Counted from the stretch's first letter, positions 14,861 to 29,996 are shown. The stretch is DNA of 64,000 nucleotides from Eledone cirrhosa (GCA_964016885.1 OZ024745.1:61628001-61692000), one strand, 5' to 3'. Translations and numbers: made by a program. Notes: a model not told the origin generated them from the letters alone.

Positions 14861-15165
14861 ATATATGTGTTTGTGTCTATATTGTATCTGTATTTTTTAC
14901 CGTTGGTCAGTCAAATGAAACATTGAAGACCGAATAAATTAAATTAACCGATATAAAAGACACAGAAGCGAAAACCAACCAAACAGTGAGTGTGTTCTGT
15001 TATTAATTCTGGCAATATTACACAAATTTCACTATATACATATAGTAGTGAGAAAGAGGGAAGAATAACATGTCAGCTGTACAAAAAGGGTTTTATTTAT
15101 AGTATTAACAATTGATCAGGTGAGTCTAAAGGCCGGTAATCACTCGAAGTTGCGTCACTCGACCT

Positions 15166-15284
<119 letters not shown>

Positions 15285-15317
15285 GTATATATATATACGA
15301 ATGTATATATATGTATG

Positions 15318-15357
<40 letters not shown>

Positions 15358-15403
15358 TATGTATGTATATATATATATGTATATATATATGTATATATAT
15401 ATG

Positions 15404-15481
<78 letters not shown>

Positions 15482-15517
15482 TATACATATATATATATAT
15501 ACATATATATATATACA

Positions 15518-15691
<174 letters not shown>

Positions 15692-15702
15692 CATATATAT
15701 AT

Positions 15703-15848
15703 ATTGTTATACTTGGGGAGGGTCATATTTGTGTAATATTGCCAGAATTAATATTAATTCTGGCAATATCACACAAATATGACCCTCCCCAAGTATAACA
15801 ATATTTGTTTCGACACACGATTTCATATAAAAAACCTCGCTAAACTAA
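15703..15848. mobile_element. PLE family 1 terminal fragment forming a ~100-bp palindrome
   Basis: ATTGTTATACTTGGGGAGGGTCATATTTGTG..AATTAAT is immediately followed by its reverse complement. Same sequence as 10931-10980. Confidence 0.8.
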
Positions 15849-15864
15849 TATATATATATATATA

Positions 15865-17285
15865 TATTCAATGATATTAAATAAATGGAAACTATATTTA
15901 TAAAACCATATTTATTCTATTATATATATTTCAATGGTACCAAAACCTTGGTACGCTCTCATCAGATAAAATACAAAGTTTGTTTTATAAATATTGACAT
16001 ATCCAGGAAGTAGATCTTAACGGTTCAAGTTTTTCCTGGATAGTAAAGGAAAGAAGGGAAAGAGAAGAAAAGTCAAATATTTCAAATTATTAAGATGACC
16101 ATGTAAATGAGGTTGAGGTATAGGGCTGAAAAAAAAAACGTTATTTTTAGACGCTAGGTAGATTTAAATAATTATTAAGATAAATGTATGTATGTGTAGG
16201 AGAAAGAAAGAGAAAGAAAGAAGAGCATGTATTTACGTTCATTTAAAAAGAATTAACAGTTTGTAGGAATGGTGGAATATGATTCCAGGATTTAAAAAAA
16301 TGATTTGGCTATATTCTGAGTATATATTGTATATATAATCAATTAGATTATATGAATAATTATGGTTGTAAGTACATTTTATCTTATTACATTACAACAG
16401 GTTGTAAGTATATAAATATCTATATAGATTAATAATTGTGCAAGTATAAATATTATTGGTGATTTTATATAAATAAAGCACAGCTATTAATTGTTTATAT
16501 TTCTCATATGAGTTACGAAGGATGTTGATTTTACATTTTAAATAAAACAAATTTAAGAAAAAGACGTAGTTCAAGTTGTAAGAGAAGAACAATTTGTAGA
16601 TTCAAATATTTTGTTCAACATTGAAAATGTTTTCAGAATATTGTTAATTTAGCGAAGTTATATAATTTATCATACAAGTAATCATGTAGATGTTTGCTCA
16701 ATTATAAAGGAAAAGATAACTCCAATATTATTTGCTAACCATTAAATTTGATGAATGATTTACTTAGAAAGTATGTAGAGAAAATTATATATTATTTTGT
16801 GTGAGATTATAAGGTATTTTATATTATATGTTTTTTAAGGATGAGAATTTCAAATACATATTATTTATGTCGAAAGATGTGTGAAATGTTTGAAGATTAA
16901 AAAGAGGAAAAAATGTATTATTTGATAACTCAAGAGTGCATTTAGAAGAACTATCGTAAAGAGGATATCTTTCAGAATGTCAATTAAAGAGTATCAATCT
17001 ACATCTAAAAAATAGATTAAGAAGAGTATCATTAGGAAAAGAATATCAAATAGTAAAAATACTAAATTTAACAAGGAAGTAAGTAAATGTATGTTTGTGG
17101 TTGTACCAGCGTTCTTTGAATTTTGTAGAAGTGGCACCTATATAGTTAAATATTTTGTCTCTAGTTTTAACTGTGCATTTATAAATTACGTTTTTGTTTA
17201 AGCAATTATTTTGTAAAGGGCAGTTTGATTTAATTCTACAGTTACATTTTCTGGAGTTGATGTTATTAGGAACGGTACTATTATT
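15865..17285 (-). mobile_element. Decayed PLE 3' part (GIY-YIG endonuclease and UTR)
   Basis: Minus-strand translation of ~17085-17250: KCNCRIKSNCPLQNNCLNKNVIYKCTVKTRDKIFNYIGATSTKFKERWYNHKH. Confidence 0.75.
15913..15973 (-). ncRNA. Minimal hammerhead ribozyme candidate at PLE remnant end
   Basis: Reverse complement: TATTTTAT-CTGATGA-GAGCGTACCA..TGGTACCATT-GAAA-TATATA-TA-ATAGAATA. The base of stem II is imperfect. Confidence 0.55.
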
Positions 17286-17319
17286 ATGAATATTGTTGTT
17301 AGAAATAGTACCGTTCCTA

Positions 17320-18550
17320 GTAACTACAACTCCATACTTTTCCAGTTATGCCGAGTCTGTGTAGTTTGTGATATATCATTCTGTGGTCGACCTTGTCAAA
17401 GGCCTTCGCAAAGTCAAGATATATCACGTCCACATGTGAGCTGTCTAGCAGATGTTTTAGTACCCAGTTGTAGTGATGCAGCAGCCGTGTAAGGCAGCTT
17501 CTTCCTGGGCGAAAGCCATGCTGCGTGCTACTCAGGCGGTCATTTTTCTCGAGGAAAGTGATCAGTTTCTTTCTGATGATTCGCTCCATGATCTTACTGA
17601 TATGTGACGACAGGGAGACTGGCCTATAGTTTTTGGCCTCCGCTCTGCCACCTCCTTTATGGATAGGGCATATTGTGCCTTCTTCCAGCTCCCGGGCAGT
17701 ATACCGCTAGCCAAGGAGCTTCTGAAGAGCGTCTTCAGTGGAGTTGCTAAGGCCCGCTTACATGTTTTTAAGAGGACTGCTGAGAATCCACCAGGTCCAG
17801 CAGCTGAGCCTGTTCTAATTTCATCTATGGCGTATACCACATCCTCCTCCGTTATGTCTATGTGGTTGATGGTCGCCATTTCTTCATGTAGTGTTGTGGC
17901 ATCAAAGAACTCCCCTGTCTTTGTTATTTGCATGTGCCTCAGTGGACATGTGAACACACTTTTGTACTGTTCGTTCAGTATTTCACTTATCTCTTGGGGA
18001 TTCTCGGTTAATGAACCGTCTGTATGGAACAGTTGCTCAATCCTGCAGTGTACCGAGGCAGTTTCTTTTGCAAATTTAAAGAAGGCCTTAGGGTTTGTTT
18101 TAATATTTTCTATGGCCCTGCTTTCTTTCTTTCTTTCTTTGCCCTCTCATTTTCATGGGAAAGTTTGAGTGCAATCTCGGTGTCAAGTAATGCACGTTTC
18201 AAATAGGATTCCTTCTTGTTTTGATTTTCTTGTTGTGCATTCAACTGGTTTGAGAGCTTGGTTCTTCGTCTCATAAGGATTTTCCTATCTCTGGGAATAA
18301 GATTTTTGTGTCTCTTGGCCTTTTTCTCCGGGACAAACTTTTGGCATATAGTGTGTATCGTTGTCATGAAGTGTTGAAATTGTGTGTTGGTGTCTTGTGT
18401 GGCGGTGTTTTCGCTCCATATTTGCTTCCGCATTTCTCTCTTGATCTTTTTTCAGTTAGCCTTGCAGAAGTTAAGGCTGGATAAGGTCCCGGTACTTCTT
18501 GATGGTTGTGTCTCTGTTGGTTCTCTCGGACCACATATCATTAGTTCTAC
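17320..18550 (-). pseudogene. CR1/L2-group LINE reverse transcriptase fragment, frameshifted
   Basis: QHGFRPGRSCLT and DVIYLDFAKAFDKVDH motifs, with upstream AAGPGGF..LLKTC. Confidence 0.85.
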
Positions 18551-18830
18551 TAAGTTATGTATATATATATATATGTATATGTATATATATATGTATATGT
18601 ATATATATAGATGTGAGAAAAATCACAGACCCTCCATCTCAACTCTATTTTTGAAAAGCAGAAAAACTGCGAAACCGGTAAAGGAACCAAATAAATATAT
18701 ATATATTTAAAAAAAAAGACTCTAGTTGCATTTTCGATTTCATCTTTTTGCCTTATACTTTCACTCGTGTAGGACACCGGTTATTTTTCATTCTGTAAAA
18801 AAACCCTCATTTTCTAATATATATATATAT

Positions 18831-19888
18831 GATAATAAGGGCGCTGCGGAGTTGCAAATGGGTTACATATGAAAAAAGTTTGTCCTTCATCAGTGTTCTT
18901 CCAACCATCATAGGCATTTCATCGCTTTAAAGACCATATACCTCCGGTTGGTGCGAGCAACGGCTAACAAAAGTCGTTGGGACACGTAAATAAAGGGGAC
19001 GCGAGGGTAAACAAACAAAATGGTGAAGCAACAGAAAGTGAGGAAGAAAGAGACAAGTCCCAGATTTCTATGAATTTAAATTCGGTGAAATCGTGAACGA
19101 GAGAATAAAGACCATCAAACCTGGTTGAAATGTGAGCAAGGAAGGAATTTCGCACAGGTCTAATGGGAGGAAGAAGGGGTCTGGTCTGCGAATTCGGTAA
19201 ACATAAGTTCTGTGAAATCGTAGACGAGAGAGAGAAAAAATTCGGACCAGCTTGGATAAGCGTGCGAGAGAAAAGAATTACACACAGGTCAAACGGGAAG
19301 AAAGAGGAGGAGGAGAGGTAGTGACAGAGAATGAGTGAGTGAAGGGTGAGGAATAGGCTAACAGAGAGAGAGACTGCTAGAAAGGGTAAAGATACATAGA
19401 ACGAAAAAGACGCGTAGCAGCAGAGGAAAAAATATGTGTAAATATGATAATAAGGGCGCTGCGGAGTTGCAAATGGGTTACATATGAAAAAAGTTTGTCC
19501 TTCATCAGTGATCTTCCAACCATCATAGGCATTTCATCGCTTTAAAGACCATATACCTCCGGTTGGTGCGACCAGACCCCTTCTTCCTCCCGTTAGACCT
19601 GTGCGAAATTCCTTCCTTGCTCACATTTCAACCAGGTTTGATGGTCTTTATTCTCTCGTTCACGATTTCACCGAATTTAAATTCATAGAAATCTGGGACT
19701 TGTCTCTTTCTTCCTCACTTTCTGTTGCTTCACCATTTTGTTTGCTTACCCTCGCGTCCCCTTTATTTACGTGTCCCAACGACTTTTTTTAGCCGTTGCT
19801 CGCACCAACCGGAGGTATATGGTCTTTAAAGCGATGAAATGCCTATGATGGTTGGAAGATCACTGATGAAGGACAAAGTTTTTTCGCA
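18831..19888. mobile_element. (TA)n-embedded element with unit + partial tandem repeat + inverted repeat (pLTR-like)
   Basis: 18831-18955 is repeated at 19446-19570. 19571-19885 is the reverse complement of ~18870-19185. Confidence 0.75.
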
Positions 19889-19928
19889 TATATATATATA
19901 TATACATATATATATACATATATATATA

Positions 19929-20042
<114 letters not shown>

Positions 20043-20071
20043 CACATATATATATATACATATATATATAC

Positions 20072-20282
<211 letters not shown>

Positions 20283-20452
20283 TATATACATATATATGTA
20301 GGGGGTGAGTTTTATTGTAGTACAATAAAGCAATGCAGATATCGGATAATAAGCACTCTACAGTTTGTAGGACTGGAGTATACATAATATATAAGAACAA
20401 ATATATATATACACACATGGAACTCTTTTAACCATCTTTTGTTCTTATAAAT

Positions 20453-20504
<52 letters not shown>

Positions 20505-20528
20505 CATATATATATACATATATATATA

Positions 20529-20658
<130 letters not shown>

Positions 20659-20816
20659 CATATATATATACATATATATATACATATATATATATATATA
20701 TTAATAAGAGGAATTCCAACTTTGTCTGATTTACTCGTTTTATTTACAATCCTTTAAAATTTATAATGGTATTATAATGAAATAGTATGATAGAATATTA
20801 AATTCTAAGTGTTAAT

Positions 20817-20855
20817 TGACCAAGTACTTTCATGCTTTCGCAATCTTCAGGTTCA
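20817..20855 (-). ncRNA. Minimal hammerhead ribozyme
   Basis: Reverse complement: TGAAC-CTGAAGA-TTGC GAAA GCAT-GAAA-GTAC-TT-GGTCA, with one stem I mismatch. Lies in a ~190-bp element (20701-20892) between (TA)n arrays. Confidence 0.7.
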
Positions 20856-20914
20856 TAATATGTGGTGACAGTCAAGTTTGCAATTTTCAACTGTATATAT
20901 ATATATATACATAC

Positions 20915-20958
<44 letters not shown>

Positions 20959-20992
20959 GTATATGTATATATATATATATGCATATATACAA

Positions 20993-21690
<698 letters not shown>

Positions 21691-21691
21691 C

Positions 21692-21789
<98 letters not shown>

Positions 21790-21936
21790 TGTTATACTTT
21801 GGGAGGGTCATGCTGCAATAAAAACACAAGCACCTGTTGGTCTTCACTTCAATTTCTCTCTCTCTCTTATAATATATATATATATAGAGAGAGAGAGAGT
21901 GAGAGAGGGAGAGAGAGTGAGAGAGGGAGAGAGAGT

Positions 21937-21974
<38 letters not shown>

Positions 21975-21990
21975 AAGATAGATAGATAGA

Positions 21991-22047
<57 letters not shown>

Positions 22048-23802
22048 TCAGTTGCATCTTTAACTCCAAAAAACAACCACATATGCAATTTCGTCATGAC
22101 TGTTGCCGTTGAAAAAACTCCAATACATTCCACAACCTATTTTAATTTAAGCTAATACAGAAAGCTTCTGCGAGTCAATGAGAAATTCATTGTACTGTCA
22201 TTCGACCTGCTGAAAATAGCCAAAATTCTCACAAATTGCAACCATCTCTCTTGAAACAAGATACACATAGGATAATATAGTTCGAGAAAAACAATATATC
22301 AAGACAAGATTTCAATTACTGGGATTTTTGTTTTAGACATTGACTGACTTTGGCGATAAACAAAACTATATTTGGTTATTATCAAGACTGACGTAGAGCT
22401 AAATATAAATCATCTGTACTTTGTCAGATAGAAACAAATATCCAGGTATTAACATGGTACTAGAAAAATGCATTGCAATATTTTAATTTCCTCTGACTGT
22501 GTTTTGAAATCAGATCACACCAATGTTGATTTATTAATTCCTCTGACGTTAATAAATAAGTACCAGCCATGTACTGGGGTAAATTCAATTGTCGTCACAT
22601 ACTTCTACACATATATGACCTTGTGAAAATATAAGAAACTTGAACATTAATGCATTAAGAGTCACTTCGCTGAACCGAAATGATGTTTTTTTCAGTTCTC
22701 TTTCAGGGAATGGCATTGTCATTATTATTTCTATTCTTTTGCATTTGAAAATTTCAATAAAGAATAGTAAATTCCCTGTAGTGTAATGGTTAGCAGGTTT
22801 GTCCGGTAAAAAGAAAACATTATTTCGTTAAAAAAAAGCAATGTTTTATAAAGCAATATTTGTTGTATGCATTCTTTAAATAACAGAAACAAATCAGAAT
22901 GTTTCAAAATCTATTGAAAGAATTCACCTTTGTTAAAAAATAAAATATTTAAAACCAGAAAATATTTTATTTTCCAGCTGCTGAGCAAATTTTATTCAGT
23001 TTGATCATGGGAATACTGCACTAGTTCATTTGAGCTAAGCCCCCCCCCCCCTCCCCCCAAATAAATTAGATAAAAATATGTGTGTTTTTAATGATTCCAA
23101 TGAATACCTGCAGCGATACACATATTTTAACAATTAACGCATAGAGTGGACTTATTTAAACCAACCTTATTGCCAAATAACATATTAGCGGAAGTGGAGA
23201 GAATGAAGTTGTAGAGGATGTCACAAAAGTTAAATGAAAGGAGGTTGTATTGGTGTTTGAAATAAACAAAAAATAAAATAATAAAATAAAAAAATAAAAA
23301 AACAGAAAGAAAAGAAAATAGACAAATGAATACCGAAAACACCTTAGGCTGAAACCAAATTATGCTTTTATTTTTCTAATCAAGTTTAATAAGAGAGGGC
23401 ACTCTACTTAATTTAAACAAATATATTATTAAAATCAATCTATCGATAACTGTTGTTGATGTAGATGGTTTTACATCAACATATTGATTTCATACATAGG
23501 CACAAGGCCAATAATTTATTATAAAGTAGTCGGCGTTTCTGTATCAGGAAAAAATGTAAAATATATACATAATGCAAGGCAAATTTTAAAAGAAGTAAAA
23601 ATAAATATTCGTAGAACACAGTGAATTGAATTTTTTTATTTTAACGCTTAAAGTAAAAAAAAAAAAAATGAATGAGCATCTTCAACGTTTTGGATGTTTG
23701 TCCTTCATCACAAACGTTAAAGAAAATTGGGAACGAGAGAGAAGAGTAAAAAGGAAAAGGATAAACAGGAAAGAGAGAGAGAGAGAGGGGGAGAGAGTGA
23801 GA

Positions 23803-23870
<68 letters not shown>

Positions 23871-24384
23871 AGTAGAGAAGAAAAAGAAAAGTTGTTTGAA
23901 TTAGTGGTGGTTAGGTGCGGATGTCAGACGATATTGTTGGAATATGTATTAGATTGAGCTGCATCGACTACATGTACTTATTATAGGAACGTCTGTATAT
24001 AGGGATGCGCCTCTTTATATGTTTCTCGGAGTGTGATCGCATGTGTAGGTGTGCAACTGTGCATGTGATAACATACGTGAGTGTTTTCTCTCTAGATAGT
24101 GTGTACGCCTGTGTATTTAGATTGTTATAATTATGTGGTTGTATTTTAAGTCTGTGGTGTTAAGGCAGATATAGTCAGTAGACAGATATAGACAGACCTA
24201 GCTGTCGAAACGGCCGGAATTCAGCCGTCGGGGTCCTGACTCTTTTCCTATTACCCACTCTACTACCCTAAATATCGAGTACTCTAGTGCGTTATGGTCT
24301 ACCTGGGTCCTTACCACACTTACTTCGTTATATATATATATACATACATATATACATACACATATGTAGATATATATGCATATA

Positions 24385-24445
<61 letters not shown>

Positions 24446-24603
24446 ATATATACACACATATATATATACATGCATATATATATATATACATACATATATA
24501 CATACATATATAGACATATATATGTACACATATATACATACATATATGTACATATATACATATATACATATACATATATATATACATATGTATATGTATA
24601 TAC

Positions 24604-24646
<43 letters not shown>

Positions 24647-24927
24647 TATATATATATATATATACATTTATATAGATACATATGTATATATATACATATA
24701 TACATATTTATATACATATATATACATATATATACATATATATATACATATATACATATACATATATATATGTATATATATATATACATATATGTATATA
24801 TGTATACATATATATATATACATATACATATATGCATATATGTATATATATATATATTATATATATGTAGATATGTATACATAAATATATATATACATAT
24901 ACATATACACATATATATATATATGTA

Positions 24928-25031
<104 letters not shown>

Positions 25032-25266
25032 TGTATACATATATAATTAAATTAAAAATGTACATCTACATATGCATACTGAAATACTAGTATGCATATG
25101 AATACACACACGTATACATATGTAGATGTAACAAGTCTTTCACTGGTTACTTTACTGTGAGTAACCCAGCTATTCTGTATGTAAACACACAGACAAACCG
25201 GTTTTTAGAGTCATACTGGTTTTCGAGGAAACACCCTTCCTCTATTCTCCAGAAAGCCAGACAAGG

Positions 25267-25311
25267 AATATTGAACTAGTTTCGTTGTTGTTACAACTCA
25301 TCAGCAATATT
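25267..25311 (-). ncRNA. Minimal hammerhead ribozyme
   Basis: Reverse complement of the motif at 25927-25971. Confidence 0.85.
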
Positions 25312-25926
25312 TACCTATCTACCGGCCTTTCTGGAGAATTGTAAAAGCACATATCGTTATATGCTTTTTCTATGAAAATTAGTAGTGGGCAGACTAATTT
25401 GCATAGAGTGTGAGTACGCACCGGTTCAGCGGAGACGATAAAAACAAATAACGAAACGAAATTAAATTTCGTTTCGTTTGTAACTCACTTTTGTATGACT
25501 GACGCTTAAACAATTAAATTAAAAATGTACATCTACATATGCATATTGAAATACTAGTGTGCATATGAATACACACACGTATACATATGTAGATGTAACA
25601 AGTCTTTCACTGGTTACTTTACTGTGAGTAACCCAGCTATTCTGTATGTAAACACACAGACAAACCGGTTTTTAGAGTCATACTGGTTTTCGAGGAAACA
25701 CCCTTCCTCTATTCTCCAGAAAGCCAGACAAGGAATATTGAACTAGTTTCGTTGTTACAAACGAAACGAAATTTAATTTCGTTTCGTTATTTGTTTTTAT
25801 CGTCTCCGCTGAACCGGTGCGTACTCACACTCTATGCAAATTAGTCTGCCCACTACTAATTTTCATAGAAAAAGCATATAACGATATGTGCTTTTACAAT
25901 TCTCCAGAAAGGCCGGTAGATAGGTA

Positions 25927-25971
25927 AATATTGCTGATGAGTTGTAACAACAACGAAACTAGTTCAATATT
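25927..25971 (+). ncRNA. Minimal type I hammerhead ribozyme
   Basis: AATATTG-CTGATGA-GTTG(TAACAA)CAAC-GAAA-CTAG-TT-CAATATT: 7-bp stem I, 4-bp stem II, palindromic stem III, GUU triplet. Confidence 0.85.
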
Positions 25972-26264
25972 CCTTGTCTGGCTTTCTGGAGAATAGAGGA
26001 AGGGTGTTTCCTCGAAAACCAGTATGACTCTAAAAACCGGTTTGTCTGTGTGTTTACATACAGAATAGCTGGGTTACTCACAGTAAAGTAACCAGTGAAA
26101 GACTTGTTACATCTACATATGTATACGTGTGTGTATTCATATGCACACTAGTATTTCAGTATGCATATGTAGATGTACATTTTTAATTTAATTGTTTAAG
26201 CGTCAGTCATACAAAAGTGAGTTACAAACGAAACGAAATTTAATTTCGTTTCGTTATTTGTTTT

Positions 26265-26317
<53 letters not shown>

Positions 26318-26340
26318 GTATATACATATATATATGTATA

Positions 26341-26428
<88 letters not shown>

Positions 26429-26477
26429 TATATATATATATATACATAAAAATAACAAAATAAGATGCTGAGGTTAC

Positions 26478-26590
26478 ATATATCGTTTAATCATAATAAT
26501 TATTTCCACGGTTCTCCATGCAATCGAGATGTCCTTCATGCATTTTCTGTTGATTATGAGAACGGTTTCCTCAGATGAAAATCGATATAT
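26478..26590 (-). ncRNA. Hammerhead candidate with extended stem II
   Basis: Reverse complement: ATATATCGATTTTCAT-CTGAGGA-AACCGTTCTC...GAGAACCGTG-GAAA-TAATTA-TT-ATGATTAAACGATATAT. Confidence 0.5.
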
Positions 26591-26639
26591 TTGATATGTC
26601 TCTGGAAGGAAAACACACATCCTAATGCCTGTGCGCCCA

Positions 26640-26720
<81 letters not shown>

Positions 26721-26737
26721 TATATATATATATATAT

Positions 26738-26831
<94 letters not shown>

Positions 26832-26890
26832 CATATATGTATATATATACGTACATATATGTACATATATTTATATACATACATATATGT

Positions 26891-26926
<36 letters not shown>

Positions 26927-27020
26927 TAATAAAAGGAATTCATTCCAACTTTGTCTGATTTACTCGTTTAATTTACAATTCTTTAAAAATTATACTGGTA
27001 TTAGAATGTTAAGTGTTAAT

Positions 27021-27059
27021 TGAACAAGTACTTTCATGCTTTCGCAATCTTCAGGTTCA
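27021..27059 (-). ncRNA. Minimal hammerhead ribozyme (same family as 20817)
   Basis: Reverse complement: TGAAC-CTGAAGA-TTGC(GAAA)GCAT-GAAA-GTAC-TT-GTTCA. Perfect stem I and GNRA-capped stem II. Confidence 0.8.
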
Positions 27060-27193
27060 TATTCTGTTGTGAAAGTCAAGTTTGCAATTTTCATGCATAT
27101 ATGTACATATATATATATATATACATACATATATGTACATATATATATGCATATATAAACACGCACACATATACATATATACACATACATACG

Positions 27194-27274
<81 letters not shown>

Positions 27275-27316
27275 GCATATATATATATACACACACACAT
27301 ATATATATACACACAC

Positions 27317-27381
<65 letters not shown>

Positions 27382-27897
27382 ATGTATTTGCCTATGCTTT
27401 CTCAATTTCAAAATTCTACATACATGTGTGTGTATATCGCATTAAGATGGCACATTCTTATACGTGTCCCCTACTAAATGAACACATAGTAATGCAGATG
27501 TTTTTCTTATATCCACAACCATGTAAGTATAAATAATGTTGAGTTCCTATTTCGATATATATACACACACTTACAATCACATCACACATACGTATACAGC
27601 CTACATTCTGGACTAAGTCAACCTGAAATTATTCAGAACAAATAGTAAAATGTGTCCAATGACCTTCAGTGGTTCTATTATATAGTTTTTTTTCTCTTCT
27701 GTTGTTATTTTTGTTCATTGTTATTTTGTGCTTTAACATTTTCATCTTTAATGACACGAAGCTATATTCCATTCGACTATAAGTTTGTTTTATTTAGTTA
27801 ACTTTGTAAGGATACAAATATCAATGACATTACATTTTTTCACGCACACACACACATATACATATATTCACACACACACACACACACGCACACGCAC

Positions 27898-28000
<103 letters not shown>

Positions 28001-28399
28001 CACATGTGTATACACAATCACACACAGTTTTTGAAATGTCATTCTTCTCATCACACAAAAAAAAAAGAAACTTAACATTAGTAACGACACATCAGCAGCT
28101 ATAGAAAAATAAAATTTACCAAATAACAAAAGCAAAAAAGAAGGAGAAATGACAAAAAGCTAAACATCAAATACTAGCCTGTGATAATGTCTACATCAAT
28201 TATTTTCCATGAACAATAAGCCATGAACTATAATAGCCACCGCCACAATAGAAACAACAAATGAAGCCTTAACACAAACACTACTCTTTACAAAAGGTAG
28301 CACGAACTAATATGGACACTGATACGTGGTGGCTCAAATGCTAGATATTGAAGTCAAATTCCTCCCAATCAAATCATATCTTAACTTAAAAAATCTGAA

Positions 28400-28872
28400 G
28401 GCATTAGATAAGGTAGTCCTGGATACATTGTCTCAAAATAAGGATGGGATATTCATGGCTTGGACTGCTTTGATCACATGTCTTCTTGATTTGTGTTGAT
28501 TTAGGTCTAAACAATGACCAACAAATCCGGCAACCGGTACTGTCATATCGCTTTACCTCGCCCAAATGATTTTTTTTTTTTTTTTTGCCTTCATCGGTTA
28601 ATGCCAACATCATTTGGGCAATGTGTTGATGGAAAATTTCCTCAATATAGAAATGATTCAGAGCTCACGGTGTCGTTAGAGAGAGTTGAGTTTGAAGTTT
28701 TCTCGGCGACATCAATCGTCAATGGCTGTCAAGCTGTCTGCCGTTTTTGTAATTGACCTTTGGGGTGCTTCAATTTTAATAATTCTTTGTTTCGTATGGA
28801 GAAACAGTACTCAAGGTGGGGCCGAGCAACGGTAGAAAAGGGAACGATAATGGTGTAAAGTTCTGAGAATCC
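28400..28872 (-). pseudogene. Decayed CR1/L2-like LINE 3' fragment
   Basis: Minus strand VARPTLEYC-like motif, characteristic of the post-RT region of CR1/L2 ORF2. Confidence 0.45.
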
Positions 28873-28903
28873 AGACACACACACACACACACACACACAC
28901 ACG

Positions 28904-28940
<37 letters not shown>

Positions 28941-29079
28941 AACATTATGCATACAAACTAATCGAAGAGGAGAGACAAGTGATTAGTTATGAGAATTATA
29001 TGACAGTAGTGAGAGGGACAGTTTGCTCTATGCGTATTAGATGCAAGACAAGTGAACAAAGTGAGTATGCATGAGAAAT

Positions 29080-29176
29080 AATTGTTTCTACTTTTGGCAC
29101 AAGGCCAGCAATTACCCAGTGAATTACTGGTACTTTATTTTATCGACCCCATAAGGATGAAAGGCAAAGTTAACCT
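29080..29176 (-). mobile_element. 5'-truncated SINE
   Basis: SINE 3' body in reverse complement. Direct repeat ATGAGAAATAAT at ~29071 and ~29193. Confidence 0.8.
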
Positions 29177-29996
29177 GTATCAATGGCTGTCTATGAGAAA
29201 TAATGTCAAGTAAAAATTGTATAAAAATTGTATAAGTTAGAGAAACAATACCAAATTCTTGAACAATTGTTTCGGGAACCATATCAGTATTCATCTCATA
29301 CAGATGGTAATTATCGATTATGAAATCGATAATAGTAAATGATAATAAAAAGAAAAGTTTGATATGGTCTTCTCATCCGAGCCGAAAAGAAAAAAATAAG
29401 CATAAAAATTCAAAAATACATGTCACTGAAATTAGGGGCTACAATAAATATAACACTTGAAGAATATCTGTCCATATATTAAAGATGTATGAAGGATAAT
29501 AATACATTATAAATCTTACGAATTAACCGTTTAAAAAAGAAAAAGAGAAAATGGGGAAATCAAGAACCCGGAAGTAGTTATAACATGGGGCATAACTGTG
29601 AAAAAAGGGAGATAAATAACTAGAGAAATATAATAGATAATTACGGATTTTTTTAAATATTTAAAAGAATTAAAAGGGGTGTTAAGTGACTAGGTTTATT
29701 TTGTATCTCTCCTTTGTTCTGCTCTACAAGATGGTGTAGGGCAGAACAAAGGAGAGACAGAATATAAAAACCTAGCCACTCAGGAGGTCACAGAACGTGT
29801 GACGAAAGAGCTTGACAATATATAAACAACCATTCAGTTATCGAACCAACCAACCAGCCAACCGGAAATTTATAATAAATTGAAGTGAAAACCAACAGGT
29901 GCGTGTGTTTTTATTGGCAACATGACCCTCTCAAAGTATAACAATATCTGCTTCAATACACATTTTCAGAAATATTGCAAAACAAATTAAGAAAGG

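Larger units (their letters stand above)
10873..15028 (-). mobile_element. Penelope-like retroelement (RT + GIY-YIG) with inverted pseudo-LTR at its 5' side
   Basis: Minus-strand ORF pieces 12923-14185, 11951-12889 and 11546-11911 carry TDKS, PPLYGLRKDHK, TRPV, SLYPSI, GAAIG, RYVDD and NVVY..YIGET. Positions 14186-15027 are an inverted copy of ~10955-11800. Confidence 0.9.
25045..26266. mobile_element. Non-coding hammerhead-bearing element: ~467-bp unit + partial tandem copy + inverted copy
   Basis: 25045-25290 is repeated at 25512-25758. ~25755-26265 is the reverse complement. Bounded by (TA)n. Confidence 0.85.

Noticed and set aside
18870-19885. CTGATGAAGGACAAA motifs (18885-, 19500-, 19863+) as hammerheads
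   Set aside because: No complementary stem II strand followed by GAAA, so a complete fold cannot be drawn.
22773-22810. tRNA-like 5' half (TCCCTGTAGTGTAATGGTTAGCA)
   Set aside because: No T-arm/B-box or acceptor 3' strand, so not a tRNA gene.
23690-23720. Hammerhead remnant (reverse TGATGAAGGACAAACATCCAAAACGTT)
   Set aside because: Both core segments are mutated. Probably a dead copy, so not called as ncRNA.
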